This document shows, piece by piece, positions 27,218-39,900 of a DNA stretch of 64,000 nt. Source of the stretch: the human T2T-CHM13v2.0 reference genome, Homo sapiens; NCBI RefSeq assembly GCF_009914755.1, contig NC_060925.1. One strand, 5' to 3'. How positions within the stretch are numbered: the stretch's first letter is position 1; each line of letters opens with the position of its first letter. Below the pieces are notes generated by a model. That model saw only the letters and a list, made by a program, of their open reading frames with translations. It did no database searches and was not told where the DNA came from. Both the position numbers and the translations under genes were made by a program.

Positions 27218-28912
27218 GTAAGTCCTGCCGCCCCGCCCCGCCCCGCCCCTGGCTTTCTCCTAACCAGCTGCTGGGGAAGGTGTGGGGAAAGCGAAGCCCC
27301 CTCCCCTTGCGCCTTCCCGGAGGGCCCTCCTGTTCACGATCAGGCTGTGATGGGCATTGCGCCCAGATGTGCTGAGCTGGCCCACCTCCAGATGCGCATG
27401 GCTCAAGTGTACCTTCTTAAAGACATTACAGGCGGGAACCCGGGCTCGACTCTGGCCTGCCCGAGGTGAGGCTGGACAATGGGATGGGGGGTGAGGGGGT
27501 TACAGGCTCTCAGAAATAGAGCCAGAATCCCAATATGGCAAAACCTGGGACTGGTGGAAACCTCCGTTGTGGTGTGGCCTGCGCTTGACAGGAGCATCCC
27601 GCATTGCAAGGGGAGCGTCCAGCGAGAGCCCGGATCTAGAGGACAGATGTGGGAGAGCAGATGTGAGGGCTGATTGGCCCCGGAACACAGCTGAGGCTCC
27701 ACTTCCTCTGTGGATCCCGAGTGGGAGCGCAAGTCGGATTTCCCCGCGGTGTGAGGATTCTGGCTAAAAGAAGCGTCTAGGGCCGGGGGCGGGCGGGCTG
27801 CCAGCTGTGCGCATCTGGGCGCATGTCCGATACCTCAGCCCCGGCTCTGGCCCCAACCCCTACACCCGCAGGTCTTTTAGGGCGTGTCGAAAGCTCTGGG
27901 CGTTAGCGCCGAGACTCCTGTTTGACCGGGAAGCCTTTGCCCTGTGGCTAATGGAAGCCGAGCAGGCGGGAAGGGAGGAACAAAGCTTGCTCGAGTGGAG
28001 GAAGCGCGCAGAGCTGTTCCATTGTTCTCCGTGCCTGAAGAGTCTATGCAAAAAAACCCGAAGCGGGCCCCGGAACTGCTCTTTCTCTCCCCGGAGAGCC
28101 CCTGCCCTCAGAGAGGAATAGATCTGGGATGTGCCGGACGCCAGGCGGCCATGCCTCGGGAACTGGCACGGGCCCTCTTGGGGCCACGGAACAAGGACGG
28201 TGGGGCCTGGTGCCCAGGCGAGCTGCTTTGGCTGCGCGGACTTGTTGCGGTGGCTGGGTTGTGGGTCCTCCGGCGCCGAGGGACCCGAGCTTCCTGGGTA
28301 CCCGGCAGGCTGCCCGCCCGCTGGGGGCTGGGAAGGGGCGTGCCAATGCGCGTGTGAAAGGGCGGGGCCGAGTGACGGGCTTGGCGGGTGGGGAACATGC
28401 AAGAGCTCGCCGGGCGGCCCTGGAGAATGCGAAGCCGGAGGAGACCGGTTCGGCCTGCTGCAGTCTTCCTAGGAACCCTCGACTCCTGTGTGGGCTAGGA
28501 TGAGGGTCCTCTGACAGGGGCAAGGATTTGGGCCTTTGGAGAACCGATCCTTACGCAGGAGGCCGCAAATGGGCTTTGCAGGGGCAATCAGGAGACTGGA
28601 CAAGGGCAAAAGAAGAGCAGCCTTTTCCCCTGGGAGCCCCTCCTGAAGGTGGGGATGGCTGGGTGGGTGCGGAAGCTGACCAGGCAGCCTCACTCTGCAA
28701 AGGGAATGTGCCACCCGGTCCTCAGTGTGGGGCTGAGCCTGTCAAAGGCCCTGCCTCAGTGAATGGGGCAAGAGAGACAATAAGGGAAAAAATTAATAAA
28801 TTTTTGGCAGGCACCATGGCAGGCACCAAGGAGGGATATGGACAAAATGCAACTGGCCCATGTGATAGAGAGCCCTGCTGAGGGACTGAAAGCAGGGTGA
28901 GAGAGGAAGGGA

Positions 28913-28914
<2 letters not shown>

Positions 28915-28952
<38 letters not shown>
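28915..28952. repeat. (GT)19 microsatellite
   Basis: Uninterrupted GT run just downstream of the CpG island. Confidence 0.97.
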
Positions 28953-28953
<1 letters not shown>

Positions 28954-30591
28954 AGACTGAGAGAGGGACTTGGCGAGGGAGGGCAAGGGAGTATCGGGGC
29001 ACAGAATAGCAGAAGGCACAGAACCCTTTTCAGGGTCAAGGCTTTACTTGTTGGGGATAACTTAGCTGGTCTGGGTCCTCTCCAGACCTGGATGCCCTCA
29101 CACTGTCCCAGAAGCTGACTGCCCATTGAAGCCCTCTTAGTTGCTCCTCAAGAGGAGCCAAACAGGTCTGAGCTGGCTAGGGAGATGGGAGGAGGGGCAG
29201 GAGTGGGGAGGAGGGCAGGTGCAGGGAGGGCGAGAGAGGAGGAGAAGCTGAGCTGTGGTCCCTTATTCCTGCTTAGCAGTTGTCACTTCTCAAAGCACAC
29301 TGACACTTTCAGTAACCTCGGAAGTGAGGAGAGAACACCTCCACTTCCCAGTTGGGGAAATGCAGAGTCAAAAGCATTGAGGGCCTTAAAGGCATCTATG
29401 AGTTCATGGTGGAAGGGAGATTCCACATTGATCTCCTGAGGACTAAGTCGCAGCTCTTCCTAGGAGACCTGATTGAGAGAGGAAGAGTCAGCAGGCAGAG
29501 GGACCTGCCCAAGGCTATGTCTACTGGGTATGGGCCACCAGAACTGCCTCGATGACCCTACAGAGGGCTGAGGGGCTTAGCTCTCTGGGGTGGGGAGAGA
29601 AGGGTGGAAACTCCCAAATCTGCCTGTCTCCAGCTGAGAGGACCCAAAGTTGGGGGGTGGGGAGTTGGTTCAGGCTGTAGCAAGGCAGAGCCTGGTGTCA
29701 AACAGTGGTAGGGAGGAAAGGAGGGGAGTTGGTGACCTCCAAACTAAGCTTTTCCCTGTGTGAAGGGCAGAGGGTAGACTGCCTGGGGGAGGGGTAGAGG
29801 GAGAGGAACTACAGAGGGAATTCGTCTTCCAGAGCCAATGATGGTGGTGTTCAGGTATCAGACAGGCCCTCAGTGTACAGCAGGGTGGCCTCTGGGGAGA
29901 AGAATGGTGACTTGATGTTTCAGGATTGTGATTGAAGACACTGGGCATTTGTCCCCACCTCAGTGGGGCTCAGTGTCCAGTTATGTTCACTCCATAGTAC
30001 CATCCTAGATCCAAGAGGCTGCCAAGAATCAATTTCTGAGGCGGAGGGAGGGGGTGGGAGTGAGGCAGCTTCAAGTCAGAGCCTTTCTGTAATAAGAGGG
30101 AAGGACTGAAACCTGATCATCCCCTTCCCAGAAATCAGCTGGGGTCCCAGATGGTCTAGGCAGGCTCCCTGTCCCTTCGCTAACCTTGGAAGCTGCCAAA
30201 TAACTAGGGCCCCACTGGGGAACCCTAGCAACTTGGAAGACTGAGGAGTGAGTACCGAGGGCAAATGGGCTAATTCCAGGAATTAGATGCCTCTGGACCC
30301 TGGCCCGATACTCACATCAGGCAGTTTGGCTCCGGAAGAAAGGCCACAAGGCCCTTGGCCTGGGTCTGGGGGCTAAGCTGGAGGCTGCATTCCTGAGTTC
30401 TCTGTGTAGAAGTCCTAAGCTCTGTGACCCCCTCTGGGACTCAGTTTCCTCATTTGTGAATGGAAGAGACCCTCCCATGGCTCATCCTTACCCCCTAGGG
30501 ATGGGAAGGGGGTGTAGATTAAGGTGATCAGACCTGGAAAATGTTCCAAGTGGCTTAAAGAGAGCCTGTATTAATACAGCGCAATAGAATA

Positions 30592-30953
30592 CAGATGCAC
30601 CTCAATTTATGATGGGGTTATGTCCCGTTAAGACCATTGTAAGTTGAAAATATTGTAAGTCAAAAATGCATTGAATACACCTCACGTACCGAACGTCACA
30701 GCTCAGCCTAGCCTACCTTAAACGTGCTCAGAACACTTATATTCACCTACAGTTAAGCAAAATCATCTAATATAAAGCCTATTTCATAATAAAGTTGCAT
30801 ATTTCATGGAATTTATTGAATACTATACTAAAAGTGAAAAACAGAATGGTTGTATGGGTACTAGAAGTATAGTTTCTACCAAATGTATTACTTTCATGTG
30901 ATCATAATGCCAAAAAAGCAGAAGCCGAACAATCACAAGTCGGGGACTGTCTG
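30592..30953 (+). mobile_element. MER47A-like TcMar-Tigger MITE
   Basis: ta|cagatgcacctcaatttatgatggggtt...cacaagtcggggactgtctg|ta: terminal inverted repeats with TA TSD, about 360 bp. Confidence 0.85.
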
Positions 30954-31184
30954 TACTATAGTAACACCCCAAATCTTCCTACCTCATCTTCCCTGGACCT
31001 GAGGATCTCAAAGCAAAACTAGTCTTTTGACACTCCAGGTGTTCATGTTCCTTCCTTCTGTCCTCCAGGAAAAGGGGGCAAAGTGAGACAGCTAAGACTG
31101 CCCAAGGTCAGGGAGTAAAAGAACCCAGGAACCTGGACTTCCTAGTCCCTCTTCATCTCAAAGGTGTCTGGACCCACACAAGCG

Positions 31185-31198
31185 GTTGTCATGACAAC
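31185..31198. promoter_or_regulatory. RFX X-box-like perfect palindrome GTTGTCATGACAAC
   Basis: 14-bp palindrome with 2 symmetric mismatches to the consensus. Confidence 0.55.
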
Positions 31199-32509
31199 AG
31201 TTAGGCCTTCTGAAGTGCAGGCCAAGTAGAAATGAGGAAGAAAGGCAGGAAGCTATTCATTTCTAAGCCAGTTGATTGATGTGAATTTTTTGGGGGGGAG
31301 GGGCAGTGCAAGGGGGTCGCTCCAGTGAATGTGCTCTGGGATACTTTGAGTAGCAGGAGAAAGAAATGTGTTCACAAATACTTCGTTTTCCTTTTTATTC
31401 AGTGCATTGTGGGGCTGGGGTGGGTAGAGAATTCTCCAAAGAACTGCCACCCAGAACAGATAGGTGATATGTGGAAACTTATCCAGCACCCTCAGATTCC
31501 CTGAGGCCTAGCAGGAGAGTGAGGACAAAGCTCACTCCTGCCCTTCCTCTGGGCAGCAGCAGTAGTGATGGAGGATGCTTGTGGAATCACAGGCAGGAGG
31601 AAGGGCTGTGGCAAGGTGCAGCAGCCTGCAGGTTTGTGTGTATGTGTGTAGAGAAGGCACTGGCACAAAACCTTGGAGCTGTGAGGCCTCCTGCCTTCCT
31701 CCAGGTTGGTACCAATAATATTTCTTTTCTCACCGTGTCCAGAAAGTTTTCTTCCAAGGCTAGGCTTGGGCCCCCACCCAGGTCATGTTCCTCTCCTTTG
31801 GGCATTGCCTTGTTCTGACTGCTGCAGTCAAAAGCTGTTGGCTTTGACTCACAGCCCATGGCTCTGCCTCTGAGAGTACCGCATGGATGAATAAGTAGGT
31901 CCTAGGGGCAGTTCCTCTGCCCTGGGGAGAAGGTACAGATGGAGGAGAAGTACCCAGAGCTACTCTGGCTCCCTGAACCTTAAGCCAACCCAGGGAGATA
32001 CCCTTTACCATCCATCACTGATGGCTCTAACCCCAGGCCACAGGCCCCTTCTAGACCTGCATTGAATGGGTAGCAGGACCAAGTCACCTGGAGTCCTGGG
32101 ATGTTTCCTGACACTTTCTTCTTGTTTCACCCCTTCCCACTTTCTCTGCCCAATTTGATACTGTGGCTGCAAATGCCCACCCCCTACCTCCCACCCCCTA
32201 CCACCCACCCCCATCACAAGCTGCCAACACCAGATCCTTCCCCTTCTGCTGACCTCCAATCTTGCCTTTCTCTGCAGCTATCCTTCCACACACATATACC
32301 GCACCTCACAGCCTCTGACCCTGAGGGTGAAGGTGCAAGCTGCTCCACGTGGTGCAAGGGAGAGCCAGTGCTGTATGGAGCAGGCTGAGCAGAGCCCTCA
32401 GGGTCCATAACTGCAGCTTAGCCACCTCTGCAGCACACTGCAATGTCTTCCTGGATAGCCAAGTCCCTTTCTCTCTGCAGAGCGCTCCATCTCCCTCACC
32501 CTTCCCTGA

Positions 32510-32830
32510 GATTTCATAGAATCCTAGAATGGAAATTGTCTAGTTGAGCCACTACCTCAAGCCAAAATTAATCCCACTATAGCATCATAGGCAGGTGGGT
32601 GTTCTGTTTACACTCTCCTAGTGACAGAGGGCTCACTACCTTATTTTCCAGGAAAGCACTCATTATTAGATAGATATTTCTTCTGTTGAGCTTTGATTCT
32701 GTCTTCTGAGAATTTCTACCCGTGGGTCTGAATTTGCTCTCTGGATGCTTACAGATGAAGCTAGCCTGCGTTTCCCAGGATCCCCTTTCTTATATTTGGG
32801 GTCAGACACCTATCTATGCTCCATTCGTCT
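32510..32830 (-). mobile_element. Ancient CR1/L3 LINE 3' fragment
   Basis: tcatagaatcctagaat...gagggctcactacct...ttagatagatatttcttctgttgagc resembles the reverse L3 3' end; approximate. Confidence 0.55.
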
Positions 32831-35463
32831 TTTCTGCTTTTGCCTCTTCCTTCCATTTTTCTTCCATTTCTCTTCTTTTGGAACAAGACCTGATAGGAGA
32901 TGTCTGACCTGTTCACCCTGACTCACGGGCCCAGTGGAGTCCAGCTCTCCACCTGGACCCCACTGTCTGCATCTCAGAGTGGCTCCCTACCGGGGACCCA
33001 CAGCACCTGGCTGGTCTTTCTCCTGGCCCAACCAGGAAGCTCTCCTCCCCAAAGCCCAAAGCCCAAAGCCCAAAGCCTTCTCCCTCTGCCTGGAAAGCCT
33101 GAGCCAGCCAACAAGGGGAAATGGACGCCACATGTTTCTCATTTGCGCTGGCTGACCTCCCCCCACACCCTGTTTGGATTACCCAGATGTGTTTGATGTC
33201 CCAGAGCCTGCGGCCTTTTCTCTCATGCACAGGAAGGGCCGGGTGGGGAGGTAGGGGGGGCCAGGCCCAGCTCACTGGCCCTGCGTGGGCAGGTTCCCTC
33301 CTATAGGAGGCAGACATCACCTCCCACACCTTCCCCCACACTGCTGCTTCTGGGGACTGGGCCTCCTGAAGGAAGCAGGACACCAGCGCCTTCAGGGTTC
33401 AGCTCCCCCTTGTTCAATGAAGGCAGGTCTTTGCTTCCTTCTGACCCACAGAGATCGGGGGCAGACTGGGAAGATGCCCCAGGAACTGTTTTGATCTCCC
33501 ATCTGGAGGCTGAGGGAGGAGCAGAGTTGCACTTAAGGTGTGTCTGGCATGGCTGTCCAGTGTGGGCACAGCAGCGTGTGCCTGGGATAAGCAGGGTGAC
33601 CCGCTTTTCACCATGGTGCTTTGCACCTTCTATAAGCACCTTTTTTTTTTCTCAGACTTGATGCCTTTGGAATGTGGAGGGGTGTGTTGCATAGGTGGGA
33701 AGCTCCCATTAGGGGAGAATGAGGACCCATTGGGAGTTTCCAGATTGCTCCAGCCCATTCTGGTGCTGAGGTAGAGATGGGAGGGCATGGAGAGCAGCCC
33801 ATCTCCAGGTTCACCCCCTAAGAGCTTTGGCTCCAGCAGGCCCCAGGCTCTCCCTGCCAGCGCTGTTGTATGTTGCGTGTTTGACACACACTTCTCCAAC
33901 TCAGCTCCAGCCAAACCTCAGCAAGGCAGCCAGGGCTCGGCAGGGTCTGGGCCTTGGCCTGAGCCATCCTGGAATCTATTTTAGACATCTCAATGATACA
34001 TTTCAGGGCCACTGGAGTGGGTGGTTTCTCCACAGCATCTTCTAATTTCTGGGCGACAGCTTTCACTCTGGGCTTCTCAGGGTGCTTTCTCCTGTGAGTT
34101 AGAGGTGTGGAAAGCAGGGACAAGTGCAGTCCCAAGCCCCAGTATGCTGTGTGTGTTCCCAGCGTTGGTTCTTATGGAATCTCAGAGTTGTGGTCAAGGT
34201 TATCCAGTTGAGGTGTTGCTGTTGGGTGTGGTCTGGTCTGAAAGGTTGAATGTTATAAGCTCCAGGTGTTTCCATGGAGAGCTGGGCTCATAAACTACGA
34301 CCTTGGGCTGAGCAGGAAGATAGCGAATGTTGAGAAAGCAAGACTGAGGCAAGTATGACGAGAGCTATTGGGTTAATAGGTTGTATGGCACATGGCACAA
34401 ACCCCTAGAACTCGGGTGAGGTTGGGTGTCAGGGTGTGAAGACTAAGTGTGCAGTGAATGGCATGTGTTCACATGGATCAGTGCATGTAAACAAACTCAC
34501 CGGCTTGCAGCACATATGCACATACTGAAGGGACATTTGCGTGCATGTATATGTAACAGCTGGGCAGGTTTAAAAGAGTCTGAAATATGACCCTGGTGGA
34601 ACAGCTTCCCCCAAACAGACCCCTAGGCAGAGCCCGCTGGGGTTTGGACTCCTTGGCTTCTTTCCCAGAAAAGCACTGTAAGTGCTGGTTACTCCTCAGA
34701 CTCTGAGGACACAGGCCCCTTTGCCCTTGGTGACCCACTAACCAGGCCCCTCCCTTTTGGGGAAGCTGGCAGCCACCCAGCAGGCCCTGCCTTCTCTCTG
34801 TAGGATCCCTAAACTGTCATGGGGTCTAGGATTCCAACATCCCCAGACTGAGGCTGCTTCCTAGGAGCTCCTGGGACCTGATTATCCCAAGGGGGAAATG
34901 AAAAGCTCAAGAATCAAAAGAATCAGTAATCTAATGGTTATCAATAACATGTATCAATCACTTGGTAAGTGAAAGTCATTGTTCTTGTTCCTCAAGCCAA
35001 AATTAATCCCACTATAGCATCATAGGCAGGTGGGTGTTCTGTTTACACTCTCCTAGTGACAGAGGGCTCACTACCTTATTTTCCAGGAAAGCACTCATTA
35101 TTAGAAAGATATTTCTTCTGTTGAGCTTTGATTCTGTCTTCTGAGAATTTCTACCCATGAGTCTGAATTTGCTCTCTGGATGCTTACAGATGAAGCTAGC
35201 CTGCATTTCCCAGGATCCCCTTTCTTATATTTGGGGTCAGACACCTATCTATGCTCCATTCGTCTTTCTGCTTTTGCTTCTTCCTTCCATTTTTCTTCCA
35301 TTTCTCTTCTTTGGAACAAGACCTGATAGGAGATGTCTGACCTGTTCACCCTGACTCACGGGCCCAGTGGAGTCCAGCTCTCCACCTGGACCTCACTGTC
35401 TGCATCTCAGAGTGGCTCCCTGCCGGGGACCCACGGCACCTGGCGGGGCTTTCTCCTGGCCCA
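32555..35463 (+). repeat. About 475-bp dispersed direct duplication (32555-33030 and 34990-35463), about 97% identical
   Basis: Direct read-through alignment gives about 12 differences by eye, including two 1-bp indels. Confidence 0.97.
33048..33077. repeat. (CCCAAAG)4 heptamer tandem repeat
   Basis: cccaaagcccaaagcccaaagcccaaagcc. Confidence 0.85.
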
Positions 35464-35541
35464 TCACTTAATACTCACAATAATTCTATGATCCTGGCAC
35501 TTACAAGTGAGGAAACTGAGGCACTGAAATACAGGTAATCT

Positions 35542-35871
<330 letters not shown>

Positions 35872-36716
35872 CTAGGATTTAAACTTAACCCCTATGGTAA
35901 CCTGCCTCCAGGAGCCTCAAGACTCCCTCAAACATTGAGTCTGATTCCATTTAATTCAGGAGCAACTTGTCAAGAAGTTAGTGTCGGCAGAGCACTGTGC
36001 TTCCTGAGACTGAAGTTCTGGGCCCTGCTTACTAGGTTCTGAAAGGCTGGATGAGGAGATAGAAGTGTCCAGGCTCATTCCAGTACAAGCAGAATGCAGC
36101 ATGCTGCGAAGAAGCCAGAAAGGGCAACTGAGGGCTCGGCCAGCTGGAATTGGCATCAGTGCATAGGGTGTGTGGGGGCACATGTGAGATGGTGGGGAGG
36201 GGACATGCTACAGAAGTGATGTGAGTTTTGATAGAAGGGTGAGATTCTGGCAGTAGAGGTAAAAAAAACTAGAAAAGGAAGGGAGGAGGAACTGTGGGCT
36301 TAATGGCAGGTAGTGATGAGTCCTGTCTGGCTTAGAGAGATGGAAAAGGTGGTGAAAGAGGAGATGAGATCAGAAAAACAGGTTGGGGTGGGATCATGGC
36401 TGATCCGACATGGAGTGCACTGGGACTCAACTGTAGGCTCTGAGCAGATATTTGAGTGGAAGAGACCAATCAAAGTTCGTCCCCAAAGGATCCCCAAAAG
36501 AGTCCTGTGCCCGCTGGTCCTTGGAGATGTTGCTGATCGATGAGATCAGCCAGCCAGGGCCTCTCAAGTTTCACATCTGTCTGCTCCAGGGAAGATTATT
36601 CTTGCAGCCTATGCAGTGCCCACATGGGATGGATGGAGGGAGAGGACTCCTTCAGCCTCCATGCCCAGAGGTTGGCCCTCTGAGAGGGTAGGGGCACCCC
36701 TTATCCTAACTCTTAG

Positions 36717-37704
36717 CCTAAACTCAAGTCTTCATCTTCCTCTGTTCCTTTGGTATGCCACCAGGCTGTTCCAGTTGCCATGCCCTGGGAATTGATTAGG
36801 CCCTACTGTGTGAGGTGCAGTGCTCTGCCCTGACCAAGAGTTGTTCCTCCACTGCCCCAGCCCTGGGAAGTGCTCTGCTGAAAACAGTCCCACAACCCAC
36901 AGCAAAGCTTGAACCAGACTACCTATAGCAGAACCAAGACATTAAACCAATTTGGGACTAGACAGGGGAGCTTTTCAACTGCACGCTATTCAGTGGCAGG
37001 CATAAGTGGTGTGGTGCCACGTACTAGCTCTAGCTTTATTGTTTGATCCAAGAAGCCTTCCTGAAGGAGCCGGAAGTTGGGGAGGAATTTAAAGGAGTTT
37101 TAAAGGAATATTTATAGGAATCAGAGGCTGAGCACAGTGGCTCACACCTGTAATCCCAGCACTTTGGGAGGCCGAGGTCGTAGAATCGCTTGAGCCCAGG
37201 AATTCAAGACCAGTGTGGGCAACAAAGCAAGACTACATCCGTACAAAAGAGGTTTTTAAAAATTATCTGGGCATGGTGGCTTGTGCCTATAGCCCTAGCT
37301 GCTCAGGAGGCTTAGGTGGGAGGATCACTTGAGCCTAGGAAGTTGAAACTGCAGTGAGCTATGATTGGGCCACTGCACTCCAGCCTGGGTGACAGAGCAA
37401 GACCCTGTCCCTAAAAATAAATGAATAATAAATAAAATAAATAAAGGAATCCAAGACACTTGGCACAATGGGAGAAGACATTCCAGTTATCCAGCTTTGT
37501 TTGTTTGAAGGTAGGAGAACTAGATGGGGACTAGCTGGCTTGGAGCCCTCCGAGCAGATGGTCCTTCAGGGAGTGAAGACAGCCGGCTGCGCTGGGGTAG
37601 GAGAGCCTGTGGGGAGTGAGGGTTTCCCTTCTCCTAAACTCAAACCTTCATCTCTCTCTGTTCCTTTAAGATGCCACTGGCTGTTCCAGTTGCCATGCCC
37701 TGGG
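36717..37704 (+). repeat. About 73-bp dispersed direct repeat (36717-36789 and 37633-37704), about 88% identical
   Basis: cctaaactcaa..cttcatct..ctctgttccttt...atgccac..ggctgttccagttgccatgccctggg. Confidence 0.85.
37126..37445 (+). mobile_element. Alu SINE (AluJ-like)
   Basis: Diverged dimer with (AAAT)n tail. Confidence 0.9.
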
Positions 37705-39654
37705 CATTGCCATGGGATTCCATTGCTGTAGGAGTGAGAATGTTTTGCCATAGAGGATCTGGTTTTGCCGTGGAGTCCAGGTGTCCCTAGGAGCTATTGT
37801 CCTAGAGTTCACAGGTTGCCATGGGTGTAGGTACTGTCCTGCTGTCTTCATGCTCCCACAGGGCCTTGATGGTGACGTGATGTCCAGGGGTGGAGCATTT
37901 ACAGCATGGCCTCCCTGTCATCCTGCCCATGACTGCAGCACCCGGGAAAGAGAGTCACAACAGCAGGGAAGGCAGCAGAGCCTATTTGGGGTGGGGGAGC
38001 AGGCAGGCCAGTGCTGCTGCTGCTCCCACTGCCACAGTGGATGGCAGCAGACATGAGAGTGGCCTTCCTCAGCTGTAGTGGCGGGGCTGAGACCCTGCAC
38101 TGCCTGACACTCTGCCTGCCCAGTGGGGTTTGCTTGCTGCTTGACAGGCAGCATCGAGAGGCTGTTGCTGCTCCTGCTGCCACCATCAAGGGACCCACTG
38201 GGCTCCTAGGAGCACCAGCGTCAGGCCTCCCTACTTGGCACCCCAGGACTCTCTGAGGTTTCCCAGCCCAGCCTGTAGCTTTGGGACCACTGAGGGCCTG
38301 CTGCAGGGTCTGGGCTCCTTGGAAGGGAACACTTAGCCCCTGAGACTCTAATCGAGGCCATGCACTCCACAGATAGTTCAGGCATCTTCATCCTGAGGAC
38401 CCGTGGGGGACCATTTAACACTCACAGACATGTCTGAGTCACTGGAAATCAGCAACAATAAGGACTAACATTTATTGAGCACTCACTGTTTGCCAGCTGT
38501 GCTAGCGCTTTGTTTGCGTAAACCCATTTTATCCTCACACTGAGATATTAATCAAGGATCATATGCAAAATATTTGACAACCCTCACAGGTTTCAGAGCT
38601 GGAGGAGTCCTGGGGGCCCCCTGTTAACTGTGGTTGCTGGATTGTGGAGGTCCCAGAGGAAGGGCCCAGGTGGCCAGGGTGGCAGGGGGAGCACATGAGG
38701 GCTCAAAAAAGCACCTATTTGACTACTGTAAGGAAGTGTTTCATATTTTTTAGCAACCAATATGGCCTTATTGGTGCATGCTTGTTGACTTGTTGACACT
38801 GTTATATAAGATTTAGGTATAAGGAAGCTTAAGGAAGCCTAAAGGAGGCTAAGCAACTTACCCCAAAGGAATGTGGCAAGTTCACGGTCAAGCTAAGCTT
38901 AAACAAGGCTTGATTCAGGCTCATGATTCAGCCGCTAGACTCTACTGCCTCTTGCACAAGTAGCAACTCACTGCTCTCCCTGCCCTCTTGATGTTCTAGA
39001 ACCCTTGCACTACATCAGTCTAGCAATGGTCCTTAGAGCCCAGGCCTATAGGAATCGGTTCTCTCTTGCCCTCCTTAGCATTCCTCGAGAGTCAGTATCT
39101 GCCAAGTACCCTTCCTCCCAAGCCTCTCACTGTCTAGTGTAGGAAGCAGACCCACAGAGGGGTGGTTAGGATACAGTATCATGGCTAGTGCTGGACAGAG
39201 CAAAGCCCTGGAGCTTCAAGAAGAGCCTCCCCAGATGTACAGGAAGAAATAGGGCCAAAATGGCTGGGATGAGGATAACTAGAATGGTCTGGAAGAGTGG
39301 GGGCCTGAAATAAGCTGTTTGTCTGCCTCTTTTTGACTGGGAATGCTGGCTCTGTCACTCACTAACTGTTGATCTTGAATAAGCCACTTAACTGCCTGGT
39401 AAAATAGGGATTAGACTCCCCAGCTCCCAGATCTGGGAGACTGGATGAGATGCTGCATGGGAAAGGACTGGTGCAGAGGCTGGCACATGGCTGGTTCTGC
39501 AGATGTCAGCCCCATCAGCATTTCAGGGAACGACTTCCCTTTTACTCTCCCCTCCGCTCACCCTCAGCCTGTAGCCCCTGATTTCTAGACTAGATTTCCC
39601 AGAGTGCTGCATCTAGCGAAGAAGTTAGCTTCTTCATGGAAGATTTAAGGACTC

Positions 39655-39900
39655 GTCATAATATCTATCATTTATTATATGTTATGCACCAGGCACTGTT
39701 CTAAGCACTTTACACGTATTCAGTCATTTAATCGTCACAACAACCTAGTGGATTAGGTACTACTCTTATCCCCTTTTTAGCAATGAAGAAACTGAGAGGT
39801 TAAGTAATTTCCCCAAGGTCACACAGCCACGAAGTGGAGTCTGGGTATGACCCCCAGGCAGTCTGGCTCCAGTGACCTGCCTCCTTAGCCACTATGCCAT
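39655..39900 (-). mobile_element. MIR SINE, near full length
   Basis: caggcactgttctaagcactttaca...gaagaaactgagaggttaagtaatttccccaaggtcacacagc...cccaggcagtctggctccag. Confidence 0.85.

Larger units (their letters stand above)
25600..28500. promoter_or_regulatory. NAV1: CpG island / canonical NAV1 promoter and first exon
   Basis: Very high GC and unsuppressed CpG from about 25.6 to 28.5 kb. Many GC boxes (ccgccc/gggcgg), including (GCCCC)4 at about 27230-27249. No evident TATA box. Confidence 0.9.

Noticed and set aside
26284-27375. 363-aa ORF as listed in the track
   Set aside because: It starts at a non-ATG codon in the pyrimidine tract and reads through the splice donor. The real coding part is 26426/26461-27217.
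25603-28523. Numerous overlapping 100-200-aa ORFs on both strands around the promoter
   Set aside because: Expected from stop-codon scarcity in a GC-rich CpG island; no recognisable domains.
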